A DNA stretch of 64,000 nucleotides from an uncultured candidate division Zixibacteria bacterium (GTDB lineage: Bacteria > Zixibacteria > MSB-5A5 > GN15 > PGXB01), in contig OY969724.1 of the NCBI GenBank assembly GCA_963702205.1, forward strand, positions 864,001-928,000, in the 5' to 3' direction. Position numbers and translations under genes: made by a program. The notes beneath the pieces were generated by a model that did no database searches, had not been told where the DNA came from, and saw only the letters and a list, made by a program, of their open reading frames with translations. This document shows, piece by piece, positions 8,632-18,754 of the stretch (within the stretch, counting starts at the first letter, position 1; every line of letters starts with the position of its first letter).

Positions 8632-10197
8632 TCAGGCGGCGTCGACGTCGCGAATATTACAATTGGAACAGGTTTTGTCCGAAGACAGCAAATAAGCATT
8701 GGGGTCATGGTGTATGGCACCGGCGGGCAGCCAATCCCAGAATTCTCCGAGGTTGCTTCGTATTTTTTCGACAAAATAATCCGGTATCTCGGTCGTTTCC
8801 TGTTCGAAAAACCGTTGAAACGAGGGATCCGTTTGCAGTTGGTGTCGAATTTCGCTAAAATATTTGAGCCGACCGAAATGTTCCGATGAAAAGCCGCGCA
8901 CGACGTTAAGCCATCTGGGGATAGTCTCCCCGTTGGCCATGAACCGTCTGAGAATCATTGACGGAGAAAATGAATATTTGGTCATATCGATGAGATAGTC
9001 GTAGAATTCCAGCCACGGGTAGTTTTTCGGTTTGATGTTCATCTGGATATTACTGAGGAAATGAAAAGGAATCGGTAAGACGCGATTGGCCCGTTGAAAT
9101 TCGAGATTCAATGGAGCCGCCTGTCCGAAAGCCGAAAGCATCGAATAAGCGGGAAATGTGCCCGGACTTAAATCCAGAAATCGTTTGGTAAGTTCGAATG
9201 GCTCCGGACCCTCGTCACCGTCGAGTCCGAAAATGTGGTTGGTTTGCACGTAAGGAATATAGTGCAAAATCATATTTACCTGATCGGAAACCAATTTGAC
9301 TTTTTCAATTCCGGTACTGTTTCCGGTTTTCGATTTTTTCCCCATGTCAAACCACGATTCAATACCCGGTAACAGGGCTTTGAAGCCGTTGTGTTTAAGC
9401 CGCTTTACGCGTTCTTCCGAAAGAAGCGACAGCGTCGATTCGGCGATAAAGTCAATGCTCCCCGGCGGGGCCGCTTCCTCTATGGTATCCATGCTTCGCT
9501 CAAAACGAATTCCGAAATTGGGGTCATGCCACGATACACGCGGGTGCTTCACTTTTTTTAGCAAAAAGCGAAGGTCTTCCTTTATGGCATCCATATCCAG
9601 CGGCTGATACGGCACGGAAGAATCGATACAAAAGGCACAGGAATAGGGACACCCCAGGCTGCTTAAAAGCGGGACTATCTTTATGAATGGGGCTTTTTTG
9701 AGAGTCTGCTCTATGAACTTCCAGCGTTCGCTTACGCCGGGCAGCGAAATCGGGTGTTTATCGGCGGTGAGATGCAAACCAAGGGGTCGGTGTCCGGAAC
9801 AATCCATGAGGACTTCATGAATCAGGGCTTTATCTGTAAATCCCAGCACATAATCGAAATATTTTTGAGCGTCCTGCGGATAACAGCGTGCGTGTGGCCC
9901 ACCGATGGCGGTGATGGCACCTCTTGATCGAAGCAAGTTGCTCAGAGAATAAGATAACAACGCCGCTTCGGTAAATGAACTTATGAATACGAAATCGACT
10001 TTGGCGGGCAGTTCTTTGATGAGATCTTCGCGACCGGTATATGTTACCAGAGTGACGTCATGCCCCTGCTCTTCGCACCATGTGGCTACGACCTGCGGCA
10101 TTATGCTGACGAAGTTCGCACCCATGACGCGCATCCACATTGTTCTGGTCGGGGCTTTGGCCACAAGGTCGATTATGCCGATCGAGAGCTTTCTCAT
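8632..10197 (-). CDS. Radical SAM protein with N-terminal B12-binding-like domain
   Basis: AIGGPHA; GCPYSCAFC CxxxCxxC motif. Confidence 0.85.
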   Translation of the reverse strand: MRKLSIGIIDLVAKAPTRTMWMRVMGANFVSIMPQVVATWCEEQGHDVTLVTYTGREDLIKELPAKVDFVFISSFTEAALLSYSLSNLLRSRGAITAIGGPHARCYPQDAQKYFDYVLGFTDKALIHEVLMDCSGHRPLGLHLTADKHPISLPGVSERWKFIEQTLKKAPFIKIVPLLSSLGCPYSCAFCIDSSVPYQPLDMDAIKEDLRFLLKKVKHPRVSWHDPNFGIRFERSMDTIEEAAPPGSIDFIAESTLSLLSEERVKRLKHNGFKALLPGIESWFDMGKKSKTGNSTGIEKVKLVSDQVNMILHYIPYVQTNHIFGLDGDEGPEPFELTKRFLDLSPGTFPAYSMLSAFGQAAPLNLEFQRANRVLPIPFHFLSNIQMNIKPKNYPWLEFYDYLIDMTKYSFSPSMILRRFMANGETIPRWLNVVRGFSSEHFGRLKYFSEIRHQLQTDPSFQRFFEQETTEIPDYFVEKIRSNLGEFWDWLPAGAIHHDPNAYLLSSDKTCSNCNIRDVDAA

Positions 10198-10224
10198 GTT
10201 TGTTGTGTCCTGTCTCGCTCGATA

Positions 10225-10833
10225 TTAGTGTATTTTATTCGATGCATGCGGTTCATATTGTGGTTTATCATAGATCCTTCCTCTTTTGTCTCCGACAGTA
10301 GCGAAAAGCCTTCTCTGCAGGAGTTTGCGGCCTCGATTCAGTCCGGATTTTACAGTCTCCAAACTGATTTTCGCAATTTCGGATATCTCTCGATAAGAAA
10401 AACCACGCATCATTGACAAAGTCGTTATGAGCCTGATATCGTCGGGCAGCGATCTAATGGCTTGAATTAAATCGTTTTCGGATATAGCCGCCATCGGTAT
10501 CCGATCGTGCGTTCCCGGCGGATATTGATTTACCCATCGGGAATATGCCATATATCCTTCGATTTCTTCGGCTCGATCTATTTCGGCCACCGCATCGGGT
10601 ATTCCCCTGAACTTTTCGACGAGAAGGTCCGTCATAATTCCGAAAAGCCAAATGGGGCAATCCGGGATGAATTGGTGCCTATTCCATAATCGATAGGCTC
10701 TGACAAATGATTCCTGGACTATGGCTTGCGCATCGGATTCATTGTTCAGGACGCACAGAGCCATACCATAAAGATTATCCAATTGGGGCAAAGTATACGT
10801 TTTAAAGCTGTTCTTTTCAGTTCTCGTTGGCAT
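10225..10833 (-). CDS. ECF RNA polymerase sigma factor
   Basis: DAQAIVQESFVRAY region 2; FSYREISEIAKISLETVKSGLNRGRK region 4; start uncertain (10833 or 10848). Confidence 0.8.
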   Translation of the reverse strand: MPTRTEKNSFKTYTLPQLDNLYGMALCVLNNESDAQAIVQESFVRAYRLWNRHQFIPDCPIWLFGIMTDLLVEKFRGIPDAVAEIDRAEEIEGYMAYSRWVNQYPPGTHDRIPMAAISENDLIQAIRSLPDDIRLITTLSMMRGFSYREISEIAKISLETVKSGLNRGRKLLQRRLFATVGDKRGRIYDKPQYEPHASNKIH

Positions 10834-10892
10834 TGCGTGCACCGTCAATTATTTTTGTATGTCGCTCGCAAAATTTCTTGTTCAAGAAAGGC

Positions 10893-11135
10893 TCAGGTTT
10901 TGTGGACTTTTTTGGGATGAGATTCAAATAGTTTGGCGGCCTGAGGCTCCCGGTTTTTGATACCACCAATGACGCGATTTCTGACTTCGGTCGTTGTCAT
11001 ATTCTCGTGGTATCTGATGCCATCGGTTATTTTTTCAGCGGTTTCCTGACTTATGCCCGCATTCACCATCGAATTGAGGATTTTGCTTAACGTAAAAGCC
11101 TCTTCCTTGCCTGATCGTTTCGTAATCGTAAGCAT
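10893..11135 (-). CDS. Stand-alone ATP-cone domain protein
   Basis: MLTITKRSGKEEAFTLSKI...MTTTEVRNRV. Confidence 0.75.
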   Translation of the reverse strand: MLTITKRSGKEEAFTLSKILNSMVNAGISQETAEKITDGIRYHENMTTTEVRNRVIGGIKNREPQAAKLFESHPKKVHKT

Positions 11136-11377
11136 ATTTCCGTTTTCCTTTCATATCCGTGCTAATAATATCCGGCCCAACGTCTTTGTTTTGCCCTCAA
11201 TGATTGCCGGATCGGCCATGTTATGAAGCCTGTCGGTGTCGGTGTGGGTTTGAGATATCTGACCTATATTGCAGACGCCGATAGCGCGCACCTTAGGCAC
11301 CGAAAATAATATAGAGGTTTAGGACAGAAGGTCAATCGCCCGAACGATTGAAAAAGGGATTAGTCCCTTGGATTGAG

Positions 11378-12070
11378 CTATTGCTTTCGCTTTTTTGCGG
11401 CGTTTTTTGACGACGTTCGCACCATTCCCTCGGTGAGGGCGAAGCTGGCCAATTCCAGGCGGGTGCGGAGCGCAAGTTTTTCGAGAGTATTATGAACGTG
11501 ACTTTTAACGGTATGTACGGCGATATTCAATTCCCGGGCTATTTCCTTGTTGCTCATACCCCTTGAAATGAGGTCAACCACCTCGTGCTCCCGGCGGGTC
11601 AGCTTGACAGCTTTCATCAAGTGATCCGCTTTCCCGGTTTGAACGGCGTACTCGACGACATGAGAAAACAATGATCCCGTCAGTGGCGGCGGCAGGACTT
11701 TTTTTCCTTCGGCGACCGACCTGATCGTGTGCAGGAAATCTTCGATAGTGGCATCCTTAAGAATAAAGCCGGCTACACCGGCTTTGACAAATTCGACAAC
11801 CTCGGCTTGCACCGGCATAAGATCCATCACCACGATCTCGGCCTTCGAATATTCTCGTTTAATCATTTCAGCAATTCGCAGGCTGTTCTGACTTCTCAGA
11901 CCTAGGTCGAGCAGGACAACCTGTGGTTTCAACTTCTTCGCTTTTTCGAGAGCATCGCCATTGCCGGTGGCCGAGACGGCTCGGATGTCCGGCTGTTCGT
12001 TGAGCATGGCAGTAATACCCTCCCTCAAGAGCCGGTTATCTTCAATTAAAAGGACCCTGATCTTTAACAC
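11378..12070 (-). CDS. NarL/LuxR family response regulator
   Basis: VLLIEDN, VVLLDL, GFILKD; LTRREHEV...SNKEIA...TVKSH. Confidence 0.9.
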   Translation of the reverse strand: MLKIRVLLIEDNRLLREGITAMLNEQPDIRAVSATGNGDALEKAKKLKPQVVLLDLGLRSQNSLRIAEMIKREYSKAEIVVMDLMPVQAEVVEFVKAGVAGFILKDATIEDFLHTIRSVAEGKKVLPPPLTGSLFSHVVEYAVQTGKADHLMKAVKLTRREHEVVDLISRGMSNKEIARELNIAVHTVKSHVHNTLEKLALRTRLELASFALTEGMVRTSSKNAAKKRKQ

Positions 12071-12198
12071 TTATATTTCTCCAAAACGGATTATCAGAAA
12101 ATCATGAAAAAAATAAAATATTGCCGGAAAATCGTCAAGCACAAAAATCGAATTTTGTCTGAAGGTGTATATGCTTTTATTTTAAAGCCACCGTGGGC

Positions 12199-12225
12199 AA
12201 AAAAGAAGGCGGTCTTTCGGCCGCC
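12199..12225 (-). terminator. Rho-independent terminator
   Basis: GGCGGTC/GGCCGCC stem with adjacent A-run on +. Confidence 0.6.
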
Positions 12226-12244
12226 CAGGTCTTGACAGGCATCT

Positions 12245-14896
12245 TTACATCGGGCAGACGGGTGTCTCGCCCGGCGGGGTGTCATATATGCAGGCGATCA
12301 ATCGCAATATATCTATAAGGTTGACCGCGTGATCGCCGTTGGCGTCGAGCAGGGCGTCACAGCCGTCCGGGTTGGGCGGGTCGCCATAGGGGTCGTCGTA
12401 GACGTATGAAATGGCGAACAGAATATCCAAAAGATTGACGAGCCCGTCGCTGTTGGCGTCGCCGGGGATTCCATGAGCGAGACAGCAATTCGCCTCGCAG
12501 GCGTCGCCGATCCCGTTGCCGTTGCTGTCGGTTTGGTCGGGATTATAGTCGTCGGGGCAGTTGTCGTTGGTGCACGTGTTCGCGGCGAAGTCGGGATCGC
12601 CGTAACCGTCGCCGTCGCTGTCATTACAGAAAAGAAGTTTCAGAGTCGGGTCACCGTTGAGAACCAGCCCGTAGGACCATTCCTGCTCCCAGAGTTCGTA
12701 CGGCGCCTGGGCCTGAAACCAGGCCAGCATGGCCTGGCCGACGGTTTCGTTATCCTGCGCGAGCGGCCCGGTGAAATCCTGGAAGTTGAGCATACTCCCG
12801 CTCTTGGACGAGGCGATCGTGATCAGTCCCGTCGACGTGTTAAAAATGTATGACCCGGCGAGGTAGTTGTCGTCGGTGAATTGCCCCGGTCCGCACGAAA
12901 ACAGATTGTAAAACAAAACCGGCGGATCGCGCTCCTGTATGGTCGATGAGTAAACCCAGTCGCCGTCGCCGTCGAAGCAGGCGGCCAGATCGAACGGACG
13001 TCCGCTGCCGGTGCACCGTTGCCATGTTCCCATAGAAGCTGCCGCGTTTTCGTACGGAGCAACACCGCCTTCGTCCCCGAGGTAATCGGTCGCAAGACGG
13101 GTGTTTATGTCGGGATTCAAATAAGGGCCGTTGACGAGCCAGGTGCCGACGTGAGAGATCGGGACGGCTTCAGGATCATAAGTCAATCCGCTGACCGGGC
13201 TGCCGTCGGCCTGACAGAACCGGGCACTGAATCCGTGCGTGCCCATCCACTGCGATACTTTAACCAGCAGCCGGTTTTCACCGGCGTTCAACGAGACGTT
13301 GATTTTGGACATATCCGGTTCATAGCCGCCGTAGACATTGGCATAAAGCACTTCCGATCCATTCAGCCAGACGCGGGCGCCGTCGTCATAGCCCACCCAG
13401 AGCTGGCAATTTTGCGGGGTTTCGGAGTAAACCCGGGCATAAGCGTAGCATGCCCCGTAATCGTGCTGATCGTACGCCGACATATCGATGTATGGGCTCT
13501 CGGAATTGACCGTCGTCCAGAAGTGACCGCCCATCGTGGTTCCCTCGGTGGGATTGATAGTACTCTCGGTCGTACCAAGATAATTGGTGGTGAGGTAGCT
13601 CCAGAAATTGTCGGCTATGTCCTCGTGGAATCCGTTCAAAAGCCAGCTGCGGATAAACTCCGCTTCTTTCGGATAGCTCGAAGGATCATTCACCTGATAT
13701 TTAAAGTCCGAGAATGTATTGTACGATGGGTCGACAAAACGAGCCGAAAAACGGAAATCGCCGCCGTCCTGACTGACTTTGCACAGCAGCCGGTTCCATC
13801 CCTCCTGCAGGAAGACGACCGCTTCGTAGGCGTCTTCCGTCCAGCCGCCGTAGCGGTCGTTGGTATAAACAGGCGCACCATTAAGCCATACTTTTATGCC
13901 ATCGTCGCTGCCGAGCAGAAGTTTGGCGGCGCGCGTAGTCGGGCTGTAGACGTACACGTGGGCGTACGCCGCCGATTCGGTCGGCCGGGTCCCGAAATGA
14001 TGGCCGCCCGAATAGCTGTGGGCGCAGACGGTAACGAAATGACGGCCTTCATCGAGTTTGTCGAGATAATCCGCGCCGGTCGTGTAATAACCGTAATCGT
14101 GACTGACCACGCTGTCGGCATAGACAAGATCGAGGTTGACCGCCATATCCCACCAGTCTTCTTCGACGTATTCCATGCCGCGCCAGGGCTCGGTCAATTC
14201 GTACTGACGGTACGCGTGAGCTTTGGTGAAATACTCGTTGACCATATTGGCTTCGGTATCGTACGACAGCGTGTGGGCGTACAGCCTTCCGATATAAACT
14301 TCCGGCGCCATATCGCCGATCCCGGCGGTATGGACTTCGTACACCCCGTCGGAATTGTTGTCCTCCCAGTTGCCGTCGAGGTCCATGTAAAACAGGTCGC
14401 ACGGAAATTGATCTCCCGACACCTCGGCCCAGGCGGCGGTGACGTCACCGATAAAAATGAAACCTTCGCTGCCTTCGTTGTACCGTCCGGTCACCCAGTT
14501 CTTGATATCCTGAGGGGTGCCGCCCGATACGGTACTTACTTCGACTTTGTAACCTTCGGCTTCGATATCTGTAATGTATTGATTCAAAGCGGTAAGAATA
14601 TACGGATATAGGGCGGCGTCGACCAGAATGGAAAAGTCGGTGTCGAGTTTATCTTGCGATGCGCCTGCATTTTTAAAATTGGGCGAAGTGATCGGATGGG
14701 CTTTGATGTATTCGGCATATTTTCCGGGCACCACTCCGGGCGGAGCGTACCATTCCAGTTTCTTGATATTGCGTCCGTCGATTCCGGTTGGATGCGGCGT
14801 TGAGTCGCCGGAGGAATCGTCGGCGGCCGCTAATGATATGGTTGCCAAAAGAATCAAAGCTGCAAGAACTGCTGAAAGTCTCAGGATTTTGATCAT
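12245..14896 (-). CDS. Secreted peptidase C25 (gingipain)-like protein with inserted beta-sandwich domains, TSP3-like repeats and C-terminal dockerin-like domain
   Basis: Signal peptide; FIGDV, DLFYMDLDG, PEVYIGRL, CAHS, FSCG, LNGDPTL; GSDDGIKVWLNG and GYDDGARVWLNG; DNCPDDYNPDQTDSNGNGIGDAC; GDANSDGLVNLLDI. Confidence 0.75.
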   Translation of the reverse strand: MIKILRLSAVLAALILLATISLAAADDSSGDSTPHPTGIDGRNIKKLEWYAPPGVVPGKYAEYIKAHPITSPNFKNAGASQDKLDTDFSILVDAALYPYILTALNQYITDIEAEGYKVEVSTVSGGTPQDIKNWVTGRYNEGSEGFIFIGDVTAAWAEVSGDQFPCDLFYMDLDGNWEDNNSDGVYEVHTAGIGDMAPEVYIGRLYAHTLSYDTEANMVNEYFTKAHAYRQYELTEPWRGMEYVEEDWWDMAVNLDLVYADSVVSHDYGYYTTGADYLDKLDEGRHFVTVCAHSYSGGHHFGTRPTESAAYAHVYVYSPTTRAAKLLLGSDDGIKVWLNGAPVYTNDRYGGWTEDAYEAVVFLQEGWNRLLCKVSQDGGDFRFSARFVDPSYNTFSDFKYQVNDPSSYPKEAEFIRSWLLNGFHEDIADNFWSYLTTNYLGTTESTINPTEGTTMGGHFWTTVNSESPYIDMSAYDQHDYGACYAYARVYSETPQNCQLWVGYDDGARVWLNGSEVLYANVYGGYEPDMSKINVSLNAGENRLLVKVSQWMGTHGFSARFCQADGSPVSGLTYDPEAVPISHVGTWLVNGPYLNPDINTRLATDYLGDEGGVAPYENAAASMGTWQRCTGSGRPFDLAACFDGDGDWVYSSTIQERDPPVLFYNLFSCGPGQFTDDNYLAGSYIFNTSTGLITIASSKSGSMLNFQDFTGPLAQDNETVGQAMLAWFQAQAPYELWEQEWSYGLVLNGDPTLKLLFCNDSDGDGYGDPDFAANTCTNDNCPDDYNPDQTDSNGNGIGDACEANCCLAHGIPGDANSDGLVNLLDILFAISYVYDDPYGDPPNPDGCDALLDANGDHAVNLIDILRLIACIYDTPPGETPVCPM

Positions 14897-15095
14897 GTTG
14901 TCACACCCTGCGGTAAAATGGAGCGAAAGGTCATAATTTGTTTTAATAGAATATAATAAGGAACGCCGTAAAAGCAAGCGCGAGTTTCACTTGCATGGTC
15001 CGGTTCTTACCGGTATTGTATAGTGCCGGATAAAGTCGGTGTGTAAGGCTAAGAGCGATAATTAGTTGGGTCCGCACAAGGAAGATTGCCCCAAT

Positions 15096-15123
15096 AAAAA
15101 AGGCGGCTGAACCGCCGCCTTTA
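15096..15123 (-). terminator. Rho-independent terminator (possibly bidirectional)
   Basis: AAAAAAGGCGGC-TGAACC-GCCGCCTTT. Confidence 0.7.
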
Positions 15124-15143
15124 TTTCTATCACACGCAATAGC

Positions 15144-15641
15144 CTAAATCAATGGACAGATCGGGGCGGGCCCGGGAGGAGTGTTATATTTATAAGCTAT
15201 CAAATACAAAATATCTATCAGGTTAACTGCCGTATCTCCGGTGGCATCCATTAGTTCATCGCAGTCATCCGGATTGCCCGGCCCCGGCGGCGTGTTGTAC
15301 TTGTAAGCGATAAGGTGCAAAATGTCCAGGAGGTTGACGGCGTGATCGCTGTTGGCATCGCCGGGCGTTCCCCAGTCGATACAGCAGTTTCCGGAACCGG
15401 CATCGAACACTTGCCAGAATCCCTGATTTACGCTATAGCTCGTCGATGTCCCTGAACCGATAGCCGTCTGACCGACGGTCCCGCTTAAAACATAGTTGGT
15501 GGATGTACCGTTCATGCTTCCGCCGCCGGAGATTACCTGCCATTTGATCTCTTCGCCGGATTTGGTATCGGCCGAGACATATGTCATCATCCCGGTAATC
15601 AAAAGCAGGGAACAAAGACAATACATTATTTTGGTCTTCAT
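15144..15641 (-). CDS. Small secreted protein with 'SGGG..STNYVLSGTVGQ..GFWQ' domain and dockerin-like domain
   Basis: Signal peptide; two GDAN/DATGD..VNL.DI repeats. Confidence 0.8.
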   Translation of the reverse strand: MKTKIMYCLCSLLLITGMMTYVSADTKSGEEIKWQVISGGGSMNGTSTNYVLSGTVGQTAIGSGTSTSYSVNQGFWQVFDAGSGNCCIDWGTPGDANSDHAVNLLDILHLIAYKYNTPPGPGNPDDCDELMDATGDTAVNLIDILYLIAYKYNTPPGPAPICPLI

Positions 15642-15700
15642 ATTATTACCTGTGATCCATGACACATTATTGCGTTGATTCGATTCGCCTGCATACTTTA

Positions 15701-17566
15701 TTATTCCCGTTCCGATTGTTGCGGAATTCCCTCGTTTTCAAGTGCGGCCTTATGATTTTCATAGTCTAATGCCTTTTCGATGCCGAACCCGAACAGTTCC
15801 GGATTCTGGTAAAGGCCTTGTTTGTCGCCGGTTTTGAGTGACTCGACTTCAATCGCTTTCGCTTTGGCGAAGGCATCTTTGCGAACCCCTGTCACCTGCC
15901 ACGAAACTTCCATGAACGGTTTGCCTCCCGCGATTATAAAGCTGTTAGTCTCGATTTTTTTGGCTACATAAAGTCCGGGCATCGACGCGCCAATCGGCGT
16001 CAGCTGGTAGCGATAATTATCGTTGAGGGCATCGAAGTACGAGGGGAGTTTGACGACCGCCTCGCCGTTGGCGTCGAGTTCGATGTTGCCGTTATAAATG
16101 TTCATCATATCGGGTGAGGAAACATCGGAATGCGATAGGTACATATTCGCGGGATCGACCGGGTGATCAATCGTATATCCCCCGGCGGCCTTGGTATTGG
16201 TGCCGGTGGCATGAAGGTTGCCGTAGAAATATCCGCCGTAATTGCCTGTTGAACTATTGCATGTGGCATAGATGCCATATTTTTCCGTAGCGTTGTAAGC
16301 AACCGCATAAACCCCGTACGCGCTCGCTCCCTGATAAGCAGCACTATATAAACCATAGGAAATTCCAGTAGTTATGGAGGTTACGGTTGACGCCTGTGCA
16401 GCCAGGCCATATCGATAGGGTCCATTCGTGATTGCATTGAAGTTGCCAGCGCAACATAACGCCCCGGCCGCCGCCGTAGAATTCATTGCACTGGTGCTAA
16501 TACCGTACAATTGGCCGGCGCTGGAATTGGTCAAGACAACATTAATTCCGTTTTTTGACTCTGCCGTATTATAATTTCTTTCAATACGAAATAGATCCTG
16601 ACTAAGAATAGGTTGATTATCGCCTATTCTAATGCCCTCATTTGTGACCAGAAGAGTGCTGTCATTAAACCGGGTTGTCCCGGTAAAGGTTTTGTTTCCA
16701 TTAATCGTCTGACTACTGCTCAAATTTACGGCAGTGCCCTGTATTTTGCTTACGCCGATATCAGCCGTCGCACTGACGTCTGCATCAGCAATTGTCCCGT
16801 TGGCAATATCATTTGTTGTTATAGTGGCATCGGCGATTTTGTCCGAAGTCACTCCATTACTTGCAATAGCCAGTGTCACCGAACCCGACGTTCCTCCTCC
16901 TGTCAGCCCGCCGGTGGCATTGACCGCGGTAATATCACCGGTTCCGGTCTGATCGTCGGCCAACTGCCAATCCGAGCCGTCCCACTTGATAATCTGATTG
17001 GCCGCCGAGCCCGGTTCCAACTCCTGCAAGCCGATCGTCATATCTTCAATATTGTCACCGGTGATTTCCTCATAGCCGATATCTTCGGCCGTAATCGTGT
17101 GCGGCTGGATGTGCGAGGAATTGACGGCATTGACGTCGATTTCGGTCGAGGTGATACAGCCCATGCACTCAAGCGACCGGGCGATATCGGCGCTGCCGCT
17201 TTGCATGGCAAAGGCGGTGGAACCGAGTTTGGTTCTCGGACTTATTTCAGGATCGGCGCCGACCGTAACCCCGAGGTACCGGGTTGAATCATCGAAAAGA
17301 CCGCTTGGCCAATTAATCATCGAACCAAGCTGGTAGTTGAACAAGCCGCCCGTTACGGTTACAGCTTGAAAACCTGACGACCAGAGAGAATCGTCGCCGC
17401 TTTCAGAACCAAAGATTTTGAATTTGAGAAAATAGGTGTTGTCCGCGACCGGAATACCATCGGTGCCGGTCAACCGGCCCTGATAGTTGATTAGCCGCGG
17501 AACCTCGGCCGTGACCGATATGGCCAGGACCATTAACCCCAAGAGCAGAATACAGATGCGACACAT
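15701..17566 (-). CDS. Secreted fibre-like protein (N-terminal VPRLINYQGRL domain, short repeats, Gly/Tyr beta repeats, C-terminal IDHP domain resembling intramolecular chaperones)
   Basis: Signal peptide; ITAEDI/VTSDKIADATIT repeats; YGVYA repeats; TIDHPVDPANMYLSH...VSWQVTGVRKD. Confidence 0.75.
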   Translation of the reverse strand: MCRICILLLGLMVLAISVTAEVPRLINYQGRLTGTDGIPVADNTYFLKFKIFGSESGDDSLWSSGFQAVTVTGGLFNYQLGSMINWPSGLFDDSTRYLGVTVGADPEISPRTKLGSTAFAMQSGSADIARSLECMGCITSTEIDVNAVNSSHIQPHTITAEDIGYEEITGDNIEDMTIGLQELEPGSAANQIIKWDGSDWQLADDQTGTGDITAVNATGGLTGGGTSGSVTLAIASNGVTSDKIADATITTNDIANGTIADADVSATADIGVSKIQGTAVNLSSSQTINGNKTFTGTTRFNDSTLLVTNEGIRIGDNQPILSQDLFRIERNYNTAESKNGINVVLTNSSAGQLYGISTSAMNSTAAAGALCCAGNFNAITNGPYRYGLAAQASTVTSITTGISYGLYSAAYQGASAYGVYAVAYNATEKYGIYATCNSSTGNYGGYFYGNLHATGTNTKAAGGYTIDHPVDPANMYLSHSDVSSPDMMNIYNGNIELDANGEAVVKLPSYFDALNDNYRYQLTPIGASMPGLYVAKKIETNSFIIAGGKPFMEVSWQVTGVRKDAFAKAKAIEVESLKTGDKQGLYQNPELFGFGIEKALDYENHKAALENEGIPQQSERE

Positions 17567-17769
17567 AGCGTTCCTCCAGAAGTTATCAAAACAATAATAT
17601 AATTGTAAGAAACAGCGCAGATCGGAATTACTCCTGGTCCATATCCGGAAACCTGATAAAAAGGCCGAATATCCGTGTGAGACCTGGCTTAATATAGCGA
17701 ATTCGCCGATTTTGGCAAGATGTAAGATGCGGCTAAAGCCGCGTGATTACTGCATTTGAGTCATACGGC

Positions 17770-17794
17770 AAAAGGCCCGTCATACGGGCCTTTT
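17770..17794. terminator. Bidirectional terminator-like hairpin
   Basis: AAAAGGCCCGT-CAT-ACGGGCCTTTT perfect inverted repeat. Confidence 0.7.
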
Positions 17795-17837
17795 AACTGA
17801 CACTTCCATCGTAGTATTTTTCTATCCGTTCGGAATC

Positions 17838-18467
17838 TCAACTTAACAACTGGGCGAACAATATCGAAGACATCTCTATCTCTTTGTTGCTGGTTCCGCG
17901 TTTGGCCTTAACCAGCATCTCATCGTCGAAATAGAGCGAAATATCGCGGACCTTCAACTCGGATTCCTCCACGTCATCCCGTATTTTGAGATAGGCCTGT
18001 TTGTTGAATCGTATGGCCATTTGTATGATCAGGCTGGTCAGGGCCGTGGATGTATCCTCGGCGGCTTTGCTGCCGTCAGCTTTAATCGTATTCTGGGCCG
18101 TAACCGACTGCCATACTTCTTCAAAATCAAAATTCTGGCTGACGGCGATTTTGGTTACCAGTGAGTTAATGGCCGCCCGGTACTTATCGTTGGTGCTGTC
18201 GGACAGAAGCTTGAGTCCCGATAGAAGCAGAATCGCCTCATTCAAATTCAGATCGGACAACTTGACCAGCAAGTTCGTAAGCAGTCGGTATCCTTTAAGT
18301 TTGCGGTCATAATATACCGGCACACCGGCCCGCGAAAGTCGTTCGATATGACGAAACGCAGTGCGCTCGGATATATGGAACTTCTCGGTTATGTCTTCAA
18401 TACTGACAGAAACGCGGGAATGCAACATGGTCAACAGGTTGATTAGGTCTTTTATGGTTTGGGCCAT
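17838..18467 (-). CDS. Winged-HTH regulator of YafY/PafC type with degenerate WYL-like C-terminus
   Basis: EKFHISERTAFRHIERLSRAGVPVYYD..KGYRL; LNLNEAILL; GAGGGG RBS before 18467. Confidence 0.7.
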   Translation of the reverse strand: MAQTIKDLINLLTMLHSRVSVSIEDITEKFHISERTAFRHIERLSRAGVPVYYDRKLKGYRLLTNLLVKLSDLNLNEAILLLSGLKLLSDSTNDKYRAAINSLVTKIAVSQNFDFEEVWQSVTAQNTIKADGSKAAEDTSTALTSLIIQMAIRFNKQAYLKIRDDVEESELKVRDISLYFDDEMLVKAKRGTSNKEIEMSSILFAQLLS

Positions 18468-18499
18468 TCCCACCCCTCGTAATAAGTTAATCTTCATAA

Positions 18500-18754
18500 T
18501 TAATATATGGTCATATCCATGATCAACAATATTAAATCCAGTGTCAATGGCGAGTTAGTTCCGGAATCGAAGCTGCTGGCCCCTCCTGTAGTATCACCGC
18601 TGCCGGCAGGGATCGTGTCAGGCGGAAGGGGGCCCGAACCGGAACCATCTGCGATCGCCGGGGTCGGCCCCGACAACATTATCATGCATGTGAAAGCCAA
18701 AGTTGCCAGCAGGGTGTACGCCAGCAAATTGCGGGACTTGTTGAGTGTACGCAT
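18500..18754 (-). CDS. Small secreted peptide/protein (84 aa)
   Basis: GAGAGGTG RBS; basic N-terminus, hydrophobic stretch, AIA-D cleavage site, Gly/Ser/Pro linker, hydrophobic C-terminus. Confidence 0.65.
   Translation of the reverse strand: MRTLNKSRNLLAYTLLATLAFTCMIMLSGPTPAIADGSGSGPLPPDTIPAGSGDTTGGASSFDSGTNSPLTLDLILLIMDMTIY

Noticed and set aside
13019..14611. 530-aa + strand ORF and other long antisense ORFs (e.g. 3330..4178, 35088..36101, 59374..60450)
   Set aside because: Shadows of well-supported genes on the opposite strand
15701..17566. Prophage tail fibre
   Set aside because: Has a Sec signal peptide and no phage structural neighbours
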